From the NCBI RefSeq assembly GCF_032444005.1, contig NC_091283.1, forward strand, positions 629,114,001 to 629,178,000: DNA of 64,000 bases, written 5' to 3'. Made by a program: the position numbers and the translations under genes. Of the stretch, positions 51,001-63,514 are shown in pieces. The notes under the pieces are model-generated. The model was given only the letters and a program-made list of their open reading frames with translations, had not been told where the DNA came from and did not search any database. How positions within the stretch are numbered: position 1 is the first letter of the stretch; each line of letters begins with the position of its first letter. The DNA comes from Ranitomeya imitator (taxonomy: Eukaryota).

Positions 51001-52886
51001 CAGTGGGGAAAATACGGTAAGGCCACATTCACACGTTCCTTTTTTATCCTGCGGGTTCTCCCGCAGCGGATTTGATAAATCTGCAGGGCAAACCCGCTGC
51101 GGTTATCCCTGCAGATTTATCGCGTTTTGTCCTGCGGGTTCCGCTGCGGGATTTACCCCTACTATTGATGCTGCATATGCAGCAATATGCAGCATCAATA
51201 GTAATGTTAAAAATAATAAAATCATGATGATATACTCACCCTCTGACGTTCCGATCTCCTGGGCGCTGCAGGCGGCGGTCCGGTTCCAAAGATGCTGTGC
51301 GACCAGGACCTTCGGTGACGTCACGGTCATGTGACCGCGACGTCACCGAAGGTCCTGGTCGCATAGCAAACCTGAGACCGGACGGCCGCGTGCAGCGCTG
51401 AGACTTCAGAGGTGAGTATATCATGATTTTTTATTTTAATTCTTTTTTTTTTTAACTCAAATATAGTTCCCGGGGCCTGGAGGAGAGTCTCCTCTCCTCC
51501 ACCCCGGGTATAACCCGCACATTATCCGCATTACTTCCCGCATGGTGGGCACAGCCCCATGCGGGAAGTAAGCGTATCAATGCATTTCTATGGGTGTAGA
51601 ATCGCTGCGATTCTGCACAAAGAAGTGACATGGTCCTTCTTTTTTTCCGCAGCAATTCAGCGCGGTTTTTTTCGGGTTTTTCCTCATCATGTGCACTGCG
51701 GTTTCTGTTTTCCATAGGGTAACATTGTACTGTACCCTGCATGGAAAACAGCTGCGGACTCGCAGCGGCAAAATCGCCGCGGTTCCTCAGTAAAAACCGC
51801 ATAGTGTGAACATGGCCTAAGTATTTGATACACTGCCGAACTGGCAAATTTTCCCACCCAAAAAGAATGGAGAGATCTGTAATTTTTTATTCTCATTACC
51901 TGTATAAAAGACACCTGTCCACAAAATCAATCACACTCCAACCGCTCCACCATTGACCAAGACCAAAGAGCTGTGTAAGGACACTGGGGCCAAAATTGTA
52001 GACCTGCACAAGGCTGCGATGGGCTACAGGACAATAGTCAAGCAGCTTGGTGAGAAGGCAATTACTATTGGTATAATTACGGTATTAGAAAATGGAAGAA
52101 ACACAAGATGCCCGTCATTCTTCCTCAGTCTGAGGCCCCATGTAAGATCTCGCCATGTATGTTAAGAATGATTTTCAGAAAGGTCAGGAATCTGCCCAGA
52201 ACCGTGAAGGATGGTGGGAGAAACCTCATACTTTGGGGGTGCTTTTCTGCAATGGGGACAGGATGACTGCACTGTATTGAAGGGAGGATGGATGGGGTCA
52301 TGCAATGCAGTATTTTGGCCAACAACCTACTTGCCTCAGTAAGCCCATTGAAGATGGATCGTGGCTGTGTCTTCCAACATGACAGTAACCCAAAACACAC
52401 AGCTAGTGCAACTAAGGAGTGGCTCTGTAATAAGCATTTCAAGGTCCTGGAGTGGCCTTACCAGTCCCCAGATCTGAACCCAATAGAACATTTTTAGAAG
52501 GAGCTGAAACTCAATGTTGCCCAGCGACAGCCCCGAAACCTGAAAGATCTGGAGAAGATCTGTATGGAAGAGTGGGCCAGAATCCCTGCTGCAGTGTGTG
52601 CAAAGTTGGACAAGAACTACAGGAAACTTCTGACCTTTAATTGCACTCAAAGGTTTCTGTACCAAATACTACGTTGTGTTTTTCTATTGTATCAAATACT
52701 TATTTCATGCTATAAAATGCAAATTAATTATGTTAAAATTATACAAAGTGACTTTCTGGATTTTTTTTTTAATACTGTCTCTCATAGTTGAAGTGTACCT
52801 ACAAAAAAATTACATACCTCTCCGTTCTTTGTAGGTGGGAAAACTTGCAAAATCGGCAGTGTATAAAATACTTATTTTCACCACTG
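51001..52886 (+). mobile_element. Internally deleted, decayed Tc1 element
   Basis: TIR CAGTGGGGAAAATA..GTATTTGATACACTGCCGA / TCGGCAGTGTATAAAATACTTATTTTCACCACTG|TA; transposase remnants FQHDSNPKH and [12 protein letters not shown]. Confidence 0.85.
51021..51817. mobile_element. Harbinger-type MITE inserted in the Tc1 left TIR
   Basis: TAA|GGCCACATTCACAC ... GTGTGAACATGGCC|TAA. Confidence 0.85.
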
Positions 52887-52912
52887 TACTTTCTATTTTG
52901 TGCATAGCCTTT

Positions 52913-53270
52913 GGCTATGTTTACACGTTGCAGATTATTTGTGGTTTTTTAGCGTTTTTGCGCTATAAAAACGCTATAAAACCGCAAATAATCTGCATAC
53001 ATTAAGCATCCTATCATTTTTAATGAAATCCGCAATTTTTGTGCACATGATGTGCGTTTTTCCACATGAAAAACGCATTGCGGAAAAATAATGAACCTGC
53101 TCATTAATTTTGCGTTTTTTTTCGCGGTTTTCCCACTGTCTAATGCATTGGGAAGTGTCTGGGAAAAAACGCACAAAAAATGCATGCGGATTTCATGCGG
53201 AAATCTGGCAGAAATGTCCGGATTTCCACAGGAATTTTCTGCATGAATTCCTGAACGTGTGCACATAGCC
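52913..53270. mobile_element. Harbinger-type MITE
   Basis: GGCTATGTTTACACGTT ... AACGTGTGCACATAGCC; TSD not conserved. Confidence 0.7.
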
Positions 53271-53336
53271 TCAGGGGTCCTCCAGTGAGCTGGATTCTAA
53301 GCTAGATACATCACTTTACATTAGGTCAAATACAAG

Positions 53337-53975
53337 GAGAAACATGAGTTAATGCTATATCATTAAAAATCCTTTACATTTTGTTATAAAAATGCTAAAA
53401 GCAAAATTATACACATACAAACACAAACAAAATTGAGCAAAAATGTAACAAAAGTGGGGACAGTGCACAGGAGTGCTATCCTACCTACATCCATGGGTAA
53501 TGACCACTATATTTGAGCTATATATGTATGTGTCTGCCAACCTTCACTAGATTGTTGACTGTTATAACTTTATGTCATGGTTGACATTGCTTCATTTCCT
53601 CCAGTGCGGACTTGGATGTGGGTATTATGCAACATTTGAATTCACGTTGACATCAACATTACACATTGCTGCGGTCCACTTTGAATGCTCCACTTGAATG
53701 TCGCATGTATAAATATTATTATTATGGGCATTGTCACCTTGACCACTTTTCAGATGGCCATAATATTTTGATTACTTTGCAGACATTAACCCAAGGGCTA
53801 TTTGCACACCTAGTACTCCTTGCCCTACCTACTTTGGTTCTAGTGTCACCGTCCCCATTTTTGTTACTTTTTTGCCTAATTTTGTTTGTGTTTGTATGTG
53901 TATAGTTTTGCTTTTAACATTTTTCTAATAAAATGTAAAGGATTTTAAAAGATATAGCATTGACTCATGTTTCTC
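53337..53975. repeat. Old inverted repeat (~135-bp arms) with T-rich, AATAAA-containing ends
   Basis: 53337-53470 is a diverged reverse complement of about 53845-53975. Confidence 0.6.
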
Positions 53976-54387
53976 ATTATACAGTTGTGCTCAAAATTTT
54001 ACATACCCTGGCAGAATTTTTGCTTTCTTTACCTTCTTTCAGAGAATATGAATGATAACTACAAAACTTTTCCTTTACTCATGGTTAGTGGTTGGGTGAA
54101 GCCATTTATTGTCAAACTACTGTGTTTTCTCTTTTTAAATCATAATGACAACCCAAAACATCCAAATGACCCTGATCAAAAGATTACATTCCCTGGTGAT
54201 TTGGGCCAAATAACATGCAGAGAAGTTGATGCAAATGGGTTTGAATGGCTACTAAAGGTAACATCCTCACCTGAGACCTGTTTGCTTGTAATCAGTGTGC
54301 GTGTGCATAAAAGCTGAGTGAGTTTCTGGGGTCCAGACAGACTTTTGCATCTTTCATCCAACCACTGACATTTCTGGATTGTGAGTC

Positions 54388-55407
54388 ATGGGGAAAGCAA
54401 AAGAATTGTCAACGGATCTACGGGAAAAGGTAGTTGAACTGTACAAAACAGGAAAGGGATAAAAAAAGATATCCAAGGAATTGATAATGCCAGTCAGCAG
54501 CATTCAAGCTGTGACTAACAAATGGAAAATCAGGGGCTCTGTAAAAACAAAACCACAGTCAGGTAGACCAACAAAAATGTTGTCCACAACTGCCAGGAAA
54601 ATTTTTCGAGATGCAAAGAAAAACCCACAAATAACATCAGCTGAAATACAGGACTCTCTGAAAACTAGCGGTGTGGCTGATTGAAGATGCACAATAAGGA
54701 GGCACTTGAAAAAATATAGGCTGCATGGTTGACTCGCCAGTAGAAAGCCATTACTACGCAAATGCCACAAAGTATCTCGCCTACAATATGCAAAACAGCA
54801 CAGAGACAAGCCTCAAAACTTCTGGAACAAGGTAATTTGGAGTGATAACATCAAAATTGAACTTTTGGGCCACAACCTTAAACGTTAAATTTGGAGAGAC
54901 GTCAGCAAGGCCTGTAATGAAAGGAACACAATTTCTACTGTAAAGCACGGAGGTGGATCGCTGATGTTTTGGGGATGTGTGAGCTACAAAGGCACAGTAA
55001 CCTCTTTCAAAGTTGAAGGAAAGATGAATGCAGCAGGTTATCAGCAAATACTGGAGGCAAATTTGCACTCAACAGCCCAGAAGCTGCCCATGGGACGTAA
55101 ATGGACAATTCGACATGACAACAGTCCAAAACACAAGGCCAAGTCGACCGGTCATTGGCTACAGCAGAACAAAGTGAAGGTTCTGGAGTGGCCATCTCCG
55201 TCTCCTGACCTCAATATCATTGAGCCACTCTGGGGAGATCTCAAGCGTGCAGTTCATGCTAGACAGCCCAGGAATTTACAGGAACTGGAGGTTTTTTGCC
55301 TAGAAGAGTGGGCAGCTTTACCATCTGAGAAAATAAAGAACCTCACCACAACTACCACAAAAGACTTCAAGCTGTTATTGATGTTAGAGGGGCAATACAC
55401 ATATTAA
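54388..55407 (+). pseudogene. Disrupted Tc1 transposase
   Basis: MGKAKELS, GRP, MFWGC, HDNSPKH and WPSPSPDLNIIEPLW motifs; stops and frameshifts. Confidence 0.9.
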
Positions 55408-56885
55408 ATGGGGTATGTGAACTTTTGATCAGGGTCATCTGGATGTTTTGAGTTGTCATTATGATTTAACCCCTTAATCCCATATGACGTACTATCCCGT
55501 CCAGGTGACCTGGGACTTAATTCCCATGGACGGGATAGTACGTCATATGCGATTGGCCGCGCTCACGGGGGGAGCGCGGCCGGGTGTCAGCTGCCTATCG
55601 CAGCTGACATCCGGCACTATGTGCCAGGAGCGGTCACGGACCGCTCCCGGCACATTAACCCCCGGCACACCGCGATCAAAGATGATCGCGGTGTGCCGGC
55701 GGTGCAGGGAAGCATCGCGCAGGGAGGGGGCTCCCTGCGGGCTTCCCTGAGACGATCGGTACACGGTGATGTGCTCACCGTGTACCGAGCGTCTTCTCCC
55801 TGCAGTCCCCGGATCCAAAATGGCCGCCGGGCTGCATCCGGGTCCTGCAGGGAGCACTTCCGGGTCAGGATCAGGCTGCAGCTGCAGCTCTAATCCTGCC
55901 CGGCTGTATGTCAGATCACCGATCTAACAGAGTGCTGTGCACACTGTCAGATCGGTGATCTGTGATGTCCCCCCCTGGGACAAAGTGAAAAAGTAAAAAA
56001 AAAAATTTCCACACTTGTAAAAAAAAATTAAAAAAAAATTCCTAAATAAAGCAGAAAAAAAAAAATATTATTCCCATAAATACATTTCTTTACATAAAAA
56101 AAAACAAAAAAAACAATAAAAGTACACATATTTAGTATCGCCGCGTCCGTAACGACCCGACCTATAAAACTGGCCCACTAGTTAACCCCTTCAGTGAACA
56201 CCGTAAGAAAAAAAAAAAAAAAACGAGCCAAAAAACAACGCTTTATTATCATAACGCTGAACAAAAAGTGGAATAACACGCGATCAAAAAGACGGATATA
56301 AATAACCATGGTACCTCTGAAAACGTCATCTTGTCCCGCAAAAAACGAGCCGCCATATAGCATCATAACCAAAAAAATAAAAAAGTTATAGTCCTGAGAA
56401 TAAAGCGATGCCAAAATAATTATTTTTTCTATAAAATAGCTTTTATCGTATAAAAGCGCCAAAACATAAAAAAAATGATATAAATGAGGTATCGCTGTAA
56501 TCGTACTGACCCGAAGAATAAAACTGCTTCATCAATTTTACCAAACGCGGAACGGTATAAACGCCTCCCCCAAAAGAAATTCATGAATAGCTGGTTTTTG
56601 GTCATTCTGCCTCACAAAAAATCGGAATAAAAAGCGATCAAAAACTGTCACATGTCCGAAAATGTAACCGATAAAAACGTCAACTCGTCCCGCAAAAAAC
56701 AAGACCTCACATGACTCTGTGGACCAAAATATGGAAAAATTATAGGTCTCAAAATGTGGAGACGCAAAAACTTTTTTGCTATAAAAAGCGTCTTTTAGTG
56801 TGTGACGGCTGCCAATCATAAAAATCCGATATAAAAAACTCGCTATAAAAGTAAATCAAACCCCCCTTCATCACCCCCTTAGTTA

Positions 56886-57241
56886 GGCTAGGTTCACATT
56901 GCGTTAATGGGTTAACGCTAACGGACAGCGTTGCACGGCGAAAATGTCACAATTAACGCCGTGCAACGGGTCCGTTAGCACAACCATTGACAGCAATGTG
57001 ATTTTCGGGTGTAGCGCATCGCTAGAGCGTGCCATTTTCGGCTCGCGCTAGCAAGGTGCCGTTCTTTTGTGGCGCGCCTCAGACGCTGCTTGCAGCGTCC
57101 GCGGCGCGCCCGAGGTCCGATCCCCGATCTTCCAGAGCGGGGACGTTAACGCGACCACTAAACACGACACCTAAAAAGACATTGCATTAGCGCAATCCGC
57201 TAGTGCTAAACGGATTTCCCTAATGCAATGTGAACCTAGCC
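56886..57241. mobile_element. Harbinger-type MITE (same family as 71-418)
   Basis: TTA|GGCTAGGTTCACATTGCGTT ... AATGCAATGTGAACCTAGCC|TTA. Confidence 0.88.
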
Positions 57242-57292
57242 TTAGGGAAAAATAATAAAATTAAAAAAAATGTATTTATTTCCATTTTCCCA

Positions 57293-57447
57293 TTAGGGTT
57301 AGGGTTAGGGCTAGGGTTAGGGCTAGGGTTAGGGTTAGGGTTTGTATTACATTTACGGTTGGGATTAGAATTAGGGGTGTGTCAGGGTTAGGTGTGTGGT
57401 TAGGGTTACAGTTGGGATTAGGGTTAGGGGTGCGTTTGGATTAGGGT
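57293..57447 (+). repeat. Degenerate telomere-like (TTAGGG/CTAGGG)n tract inside the piggyBac-type element
   Basis: About 7 near-perfect hexamers followed by degenerate copies. Confidence 0.8.
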
Positions 57448-57459
57448 TTCAGTTATAAT

Positions 57460-59640
57460 TGGGGGTTTCCACTGTTTAGACACATCAGGGGCTCTCCAAA
57501 CGCGACGTGGCGTCCGATCTCAATTCCAGCCAATTCTGCATTGAAAAAGTAAAACAGTGCTCCTTCACTTCCGAGCTCTCCCGTGCGCCCAAACAGGGGT
57601 TTACCCCAACATATGGGGTATCATCGTACTCGAGACAAATTGGACAACAACTTTTTGGGTCCAAGTTCTCTTGTTATCCTTGGGAAAATAAAAATTTGGG
57701 GGGCTAAAAATCATTTTTGTGGGAAAAAAAAGGATTTTTTATTTTCACGGCTCTGCGTTGTAAACTGTAGTGAAACACTTGGGGGTTCAAAGTTTTCACA
57801 ACACATCTAGATAAGTTCCATGGGAGGTCTAGTTTCAATATGGGGTCACTTGTGGGTGGTTTCTACTGTTTGGGTACATCAGGGGCTCTGCAAATGCAAC
57901 GTGACGCCTGCAGACCAATCCATCTAAGTCTGCATTCCAAATGGCGCTCCTTCCCTTCCGAGCTCTGCCATGCGCCCAAACAGTGGTTCCCCCCCACATA
58001 CGGGGTATCAGCGTACTCAGGACAAATTGAACAACAACTTTTGGGGTCCAATTTATTCTGTTACCCTTGTAAAAATACAAAGCTGGGGGCTAAAAAATCA
58101 TTTTTGTGAAAAAAAAAAAGAATTTTTATTTTCACGGCTCTGCGTTATAAACTGTAGTGAAACACTTAGGGGTTCAAAGTTCTCACAACACATCTAGATA
58201 AGTTCCTTGGGAGGTCTAGTTTCTAATATGGGGTCACTTGTGGGGGGTTTGTACTGTTTGGGTACATCAGGGGCTCTGCAAATGCAACGTGACTCCTGCA
58301 GACCAATCCATCTAAGTCTGCATTCCAAATGGCGCTCCTTCCCTTCCGAGCTCTGCCATGCGCCCAAACAGTGGTTCCCCCCCACATATGGGGTATCAGC
58401 GTACTCAGGACAAATTGGACAACAACTTTTGGGGTCCAATTTATTATGTTACCCTTGTGAAAATACAAAACTGGGGGCTAAAAAATAATTTTTGCGAAAA
58501 AAAAAAAAAAATTATTTTAACGGCTCTGCGTTATAAACTGTAGTGAAACATTTGGGGGTTCAAAGCTCTCAAAACACATCTAGATAAGTTCCTTATGGGG
58601 TCTAGTTTCCAAAATGGTGTCACTTGTGGGGGGTTTTAATGTTTAGGCACATCAGGGGCTCTCCAAACCAACATGGCGTCCCAACTTAATTCCAGTCAAT
58701 TTTGCATTGAAAAGTCAAATGGCGCTCCTTCCCTTCCGAGCTCTGCTATGCACCCAAAAAGTGGTTTACCCCCACATATGGGGTATCGTCGCACTCAGGA
58801 CAAATTGCACAACAACTTTTGTGGTCTAATTTCTTCTCTTACCCTTGGGAAAATAAAAAATTGGGGGCGAAAAGATCATTTTTGTGAAAAAATAAGATTT
58901 TTTATTTTTACGGCTCTGCATTATAAACTTCTGTGAAGCACTTGTTGGGTCAAAGTGCTCACCACACATCTAGATAAGTTCCTTAAGGGGTCTACTTTTC
59001 AAAATGGTGTCACTTGTGAGGGGTTCCAATGTTTAGGCACATCAGGGGCTCTCCAAACGCAACATGGCGTCCCATCTCAATTCCTGTCAATTTTGCATTG
59101 AAAAGTCAAATGGCGCTCCTTCCCTTCCGAGCTCTGCCATACGCCCAAACAATGGTTTACACCCATATATGGGGTATCAGCGTACTCAGGACAAATTGGC
59201 CAACAATTTTTGAGGTCCAATTTCTTCTCTTACTCTTGGGAAAATAAAAAATTGGGGGCGAAAAGATCATTTTTGTGAAAAAATATGATTTTTTATTTTT
59301 ACGGCTCTGCATTATAAACTTCTGTGAAGCAATTGGTGGGTCAAAGTGGTCACCACACATCTAGATAAGTTCCTTAGGGTGTCTACTTTCCAAAATGGTG
59401 TCACTTGTGGGGGGGTTTCAATGTTTAGGCACATCAGTGGCTCTCCAAACGCAACATGGTGTCCCATCTCAATTCCTGTCAATTTTGCATTTAAAAGTCA
59501 AATGGCGCTCCTTCCCTTCCGAGCTCTGCCATGCGCCCAAACAGTGGTTTACTCCCACATATGGGCTATCAGCGTACTCAGTACAGATTGTACAACAATG
59601 TTTGGCATCCATTTTATCCTGTTACCCTTGGTAAAATAAA
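57460..59640 (+). repeat. ~388-bp internal tandem repeat, about 5.5 units
   Basis: Anchor CATCTAGATAAG at 57804, 58191, 58577, 58967 and 59358 (period 386-391). Confidence 0.9.
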
Positions 59641-60712
59641 ACAAATTGGAGCTGAAATAAATTTTGTGTGAAAAAAAGTTAAATATTCATTCTTATTTAA
59701 ACATTCCAAAAATTCCTGTGAAACCCCTGAAGGGTTAATAAACTTCTTGAATGTGGTTTTGAGCACCTTGAGGGGTGCAGTTTTTAGAATGGTCTCACAC
59801 TTGGGTATTTTCTATCATATAGACCCCTCAAAATGACATCAAATGAGATGTGGTCCCTAAAAAAAAATGGTGTTGTAAAAATGAGAAATTGCTGGTCAAC
59901 TTTTAACCCTTATAACTCCCTAACAAAAAAAAATTTTGGTTCCAAAATTGTGCTGATGTAAAGTAGACATGTGGGAAATGTTACTTATTAAGTATTTTGC
60001 GTGAGATATCTCTGTGATTTAAGGGCATAAAAATTTAAAGTTGGAAAATTGCGAAACTTTCTAAATTTTCGCCAAATTTCCGTTTTTTTCACAAATAAAC
60101 GCAAGTTATATCGAATAAATGTTACTACTAAAATGAAGTACAATATGTCACGAGAAAACAATGTCAGAATCGCCAAGATCCGTTGAAGCGTTCCAGAGTT
60201 ATAACCTCATAAAGGGACAGTGGTCAGAATTGTAAAAATTGGCCCGGTCATTAACGTGCAAACCACCCTCGGGGCTTAAGGGGTTAAAAAGAGAAAACAC
60301 AGTAGTTTGACAATAAATGGCTTCACCCAACCCCTAACCATGAGTGGTGAAAAAGTTTTAGTATTATCATTCATATCCTCTGAAAAAAGGCCAAAAAAGC
60401 AAAAATTCTACCGGGGCATGTAAACTTTTGAGCACAACTGTATTCGATATTTGACTGAGTTGCTATCAAATTTAATATATGGGTATCTGTTGCATAAATA
60501 TGTATAAACCATTATGATTTTGATTAGTTTTCTTTCTATACTTTACATAAGGTGTTTATTACCCGTTGTCTGTAGATTTTAGGGTTCAGTGACATCAGTT
60601 CCATGTGCAATCTAATTTTTGTTTTTTTTCCATTCCAAACAGGATATATATTACCTGTTGAGGTCTTATTTTCCACCACAAAATACTCCTGTCCCTGACA
60701 AACTCACCAAGG

Positions 60713-60790
60713 ATGGACATGACAAGAAAAATGATGACAGAGAAGATATTAAAGCTCACCCTGGAGATCATCTACCTGCTGACTGGAGAG
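60713..60790 (+). CDS. Anuran FAX/KRAB-type zinc-finger gene, first coding exon (exon starts at about 60643)
   Basis: Pyrimidine tract plus AG at 60641-42; MDMTRKMMTEKILKLTLEIIYLLTGE; phase-0 donor GTGAG at 60791. Confidence 0.8.
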
Positions 60791-61206
60791 GTGAGGGATT
60801 CTTGGAATTATGTCACATGACTGAAGTTATTTTTTTTTACTCATAATAGCATGTCAATAAAACTACAAGCTTTTTATTGGCCCATCCACAGCATCAATGG
60901 AAAACGAGCAGCACTCTGCTGTGCACTTCTGCCCCTTTGTTTCCATAATCAAGGGCCTGACCAGTACAGATGAAAACTTCTGACAATAAAGTCACAATAA
61001 AATGTAAAACATCTACTCCTTAATTCTGTCCTAATCCAATAGGCAATAAAATGATGACAGTTTTCCATCTCTTCTGGCTTCCAATATCTCCTCTAAAGGT
61101 CCAACTCTGGGTACTGTCACACATGACATCTTGATGCTGACCAATATTTTGGACATATTGTGTACAGTATAAAGCGATATTCAATTATGTCCCACTTTAT
61201 ATGCAG

Positions 61207-61383
61207 GATTGCAAAGTGGTGAAGGAGAATTCTGGTGAATGTATTATTCCTGGTGCATCTGTGGTATGGAACAGAATGCAAAGCCTCATGATAAAGCCCT
61301 CACCTCACTTACTGATACATGAGGAAAACCAAAAGAAGATCCTAGACCTCACCAACAAGATGATTGAGCTGCTCACTGGAGAG
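61207..61383 (+). CDS. FAX/KRAB-type zinc-finger gene, second coding exon
   Basis: CAG acceptor at 61204-06; DCKVVKENSGEC...PSPHLLIHEENQKKILDLTNKMIELLTGE; GTAAG donor at 61384; in phase with the previous exon. KRAB-A and finger exons are not seen in the window. Confidence 0.82.
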
Positions 61384-61884
61384 GTAAGCGCTGCTTTGAA
61401 TACTGGGGCATTATACAGTAACCAAAGGTGTAGCTAGGGTTAGGGTAGCACCTGAGTGGGCCCCTAACCAGAAAACCCTGATTACAACTATGGTGGTGCA
61501 TCCTAATTGTGGATGTAGGAGAACCTCAGCAGATGACTGTGCTGTTACTGAAAATAACCTGTGTACAAAAACCAAAACTGATATTACCGCCATATGGTGA
61601 CCATATAGTGGTAGATGCCAGTCCTGCAGAACATGTAATAGATTACAGTACAGTTACAGATAGTAACTTGCAACTTATGTTTTTTCTGATGAGTCGTTAA
61701 CTTTTCCTTTATTTCCCATCTGGCCCAGACCAACACAACAAGTTCTCCAACTACGACTCAGCTGCATAGATTACAACAAAGACACATTTGACGTCTCACA
61801 TTTCCTGTACTGTCCCCATCTGTTCCCAATTTGCACAATCTCCTCATCCTGCTGATACCACAATTCTGAGCTTCGCCCATGAAT

Positions 61885-62447
61885 TTTCAATAGGATTGAG
61901 ATTAGGGCGTTGTGATAGCCACTCCAAAACATTGACTTTGTTATCCTTAAGCCTCTTTGTTACCATTTTAGCTGTATGCTCCAGTCATTGTCCATTTGGT
62001 AGACCCATTTCCACCCAAGCTTTAACTTCCTGGCTTAAGTCTTGAGATGTTGCTTCAGTATTGCCACATAATCTCCTTTTCTCATGATGCCATCTAAATT
62101 GTGAAGTGCACTTGTCCCTCCTGCAACATAAGAACTCCATAAAGGCTACGTTCACATTAGCGTTACGCTAATGTGCGTCGCTGTTGCGTCGGCGACGCAG
62201 CGGCGACGCGCCCCTATGTTTAACATAGGGGACGCGTGCGTTTTTTTGTTTGCGTTTTTCGACATGTGCGTCGTTTTCGACGCTAGCGTCGGACGCACGA
62301 AAATGCAACAAGTTGCATTTTTCGTGCGTCCGATTTTCGTCAAAAAACGACGCACGCGTCGCAAAACGCAGCGTTTTTGCGCGCGTTTTTGTTGCGTCGC
62401 CGGCGCGCAACGCTAATGTGAACGTAGCCTAAGATGATGATGCTACT
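61885..62447 (-). mobile_element. Tc1 transposase C-terminal fragment
   Basis: Decayed NVLEW.SQ.P.LNPIEN-type sequence on the minus strand, interrupted by a MITE. Confidence 0.6.
62144..62429. mobile_element. Harbinger-type MITE
   Basis: GGCTACGTTCACATTAGCGTT ... AACGCTAATGTGAACGTAGCC|TAA. Confidence 0.85.
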
Positions 62448-62818
62448 CAGGGCCGGACTACGACAAAAAAGCAGTCCTGCCACACAGATCCCACCTGCCC
62501 CCAAACTATAACGCGTCCCACCTCAGATCTGTGAATTTTTATTTACTTTCTCCAGCGGTTTGTTTTTTTTTCAGTGCTAGAGTGACACTTTAATTGTAAG
62601 CCCCAGTGATATCCTCACCCTCCAACGTCTTCCCCGCTTTTCAGCACCGCTCCAGTCCCCCGACACCATTTTGTAGGCGCAGCTTCTGGCAGCCAGAAGT
62701 CAGAAGCTACAACACAAGCTTTCAATATAAGACTATCGATGTGAATATTTTTCTGCCCAATGATGACAGAAGTATTCTAGGAGTGATACCTTTATTGGCT
62801 AACCAGAAAATAATATGT

Positions 62819-62858
62819 TTGCAAACTTTCAGAGCACAGTGGCTCCTTCTTCAGGCAA
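62819..62858 (-). ncRNA. Hammerhead ribozyme, left arm (one substitution in stem III)
   Basis: Mirror of 63475-63514, with AGUU instead of AGCU. Confidence 0.6.
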
Positions 62859-62984
62859 GATTACAAATAGATTAATAAGAAACAAGCACATTTAAAGAAT
62901 ACTACAGGAGGACATTTGCTAGAGGGTGGGAAGTGTGATGAGTCCATAGATAAGCCAAGGTAATCAAATTAGGCATTTTCTTAA

Positions 62985-63378
62985 GGTACCTTCACACTCA
63001 GCAACTTAACAACGAGAACGACAACGATCCGTGACGTTGCAGCATCCTGGATAGCGATCTCGTTGTGTTTGACACGCAGCAGCGATCAGGATCCCGCTGT
63101 GCCATCGCTGGTCGGAGCTAGAAGTCCAGAACTTTATTTGGTCGTCAGGTCGGCGTGTATCGTCATGTTTGACAGCAAAAGCAACAATGCCAGCAATGTT
63201 TTTACATGGAGCTAACAACCAGCGAGAACGATAAGTGAGTTGCCGTTACGTCACTGGATCGCTCCTGCATCGTTCTGGTGTTGCCGTGTTTGACGTCTCT
63301 ACAGCAACCTAAACAGCGACGCTGCAGCGATCGGCTCGTTGTCTATATCGCTGCAGCGTCGCTGAGTGTGACGGTACC
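62985..63378. mobile_element. Harbinger-type MITE (shorter relative of 49577-50314)
   Basis: GGTACCTTCACACTCAGC ... GCTGAGTGTGACGGTACC. Confidence 0.8.
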
Positions 63379-63474
63379 TTTTACAAATGGAGAGGCAGTG
63401 GGAATAATGTTCTTAGTTATCTGGAGTCCGTCTGGTGGAGGTGTGAATTGTATCCATGTAGTGACTCATAAATC

Positions 63475-63514
63475 TTGCCTGAAGAAGGAGCCACTGTGCT
63501 CTGAAAGCTTGCAA
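63475..63514 (+). ncRNA. Minimal type I hammerhead ribozyme
   Basis: UUGC-CUGAAGA-A-GGAGC(CACUGU)GCUCU-GAA-AGCU-U-GCAA: intact core, palindromic stem III. Confidence 0.78.

Larger units (their letters stand above)
55470..60283. mobile_element. piggyBac-type non-autonomous element with internal tandem repeats
   Basis: TTAA|CCCCTTAA ... TTAAGGGG|TTAA (TSD 55466-69 and 60284-87); no transposase ORF seen. Confidence 0.85.
53982..60440 (+). mobile_element. Tc1 element whose right TIR is split by a 4.8-kb insertion
   Basis: TA|CAGTTGTGCTCAAAA ... TTTTGAGCACAACTG|TA; right TIR reads ...ATGAT-TTAA-[insert]-TTAA-AAAGAGAAAAC, matching the left TIR. Confidence 0.92.

Noticed and set aside
57293-57447. 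True telomere or healed chromosome end
   Set aside because: Short, degenerate and located inside a TTAA-flanked element.
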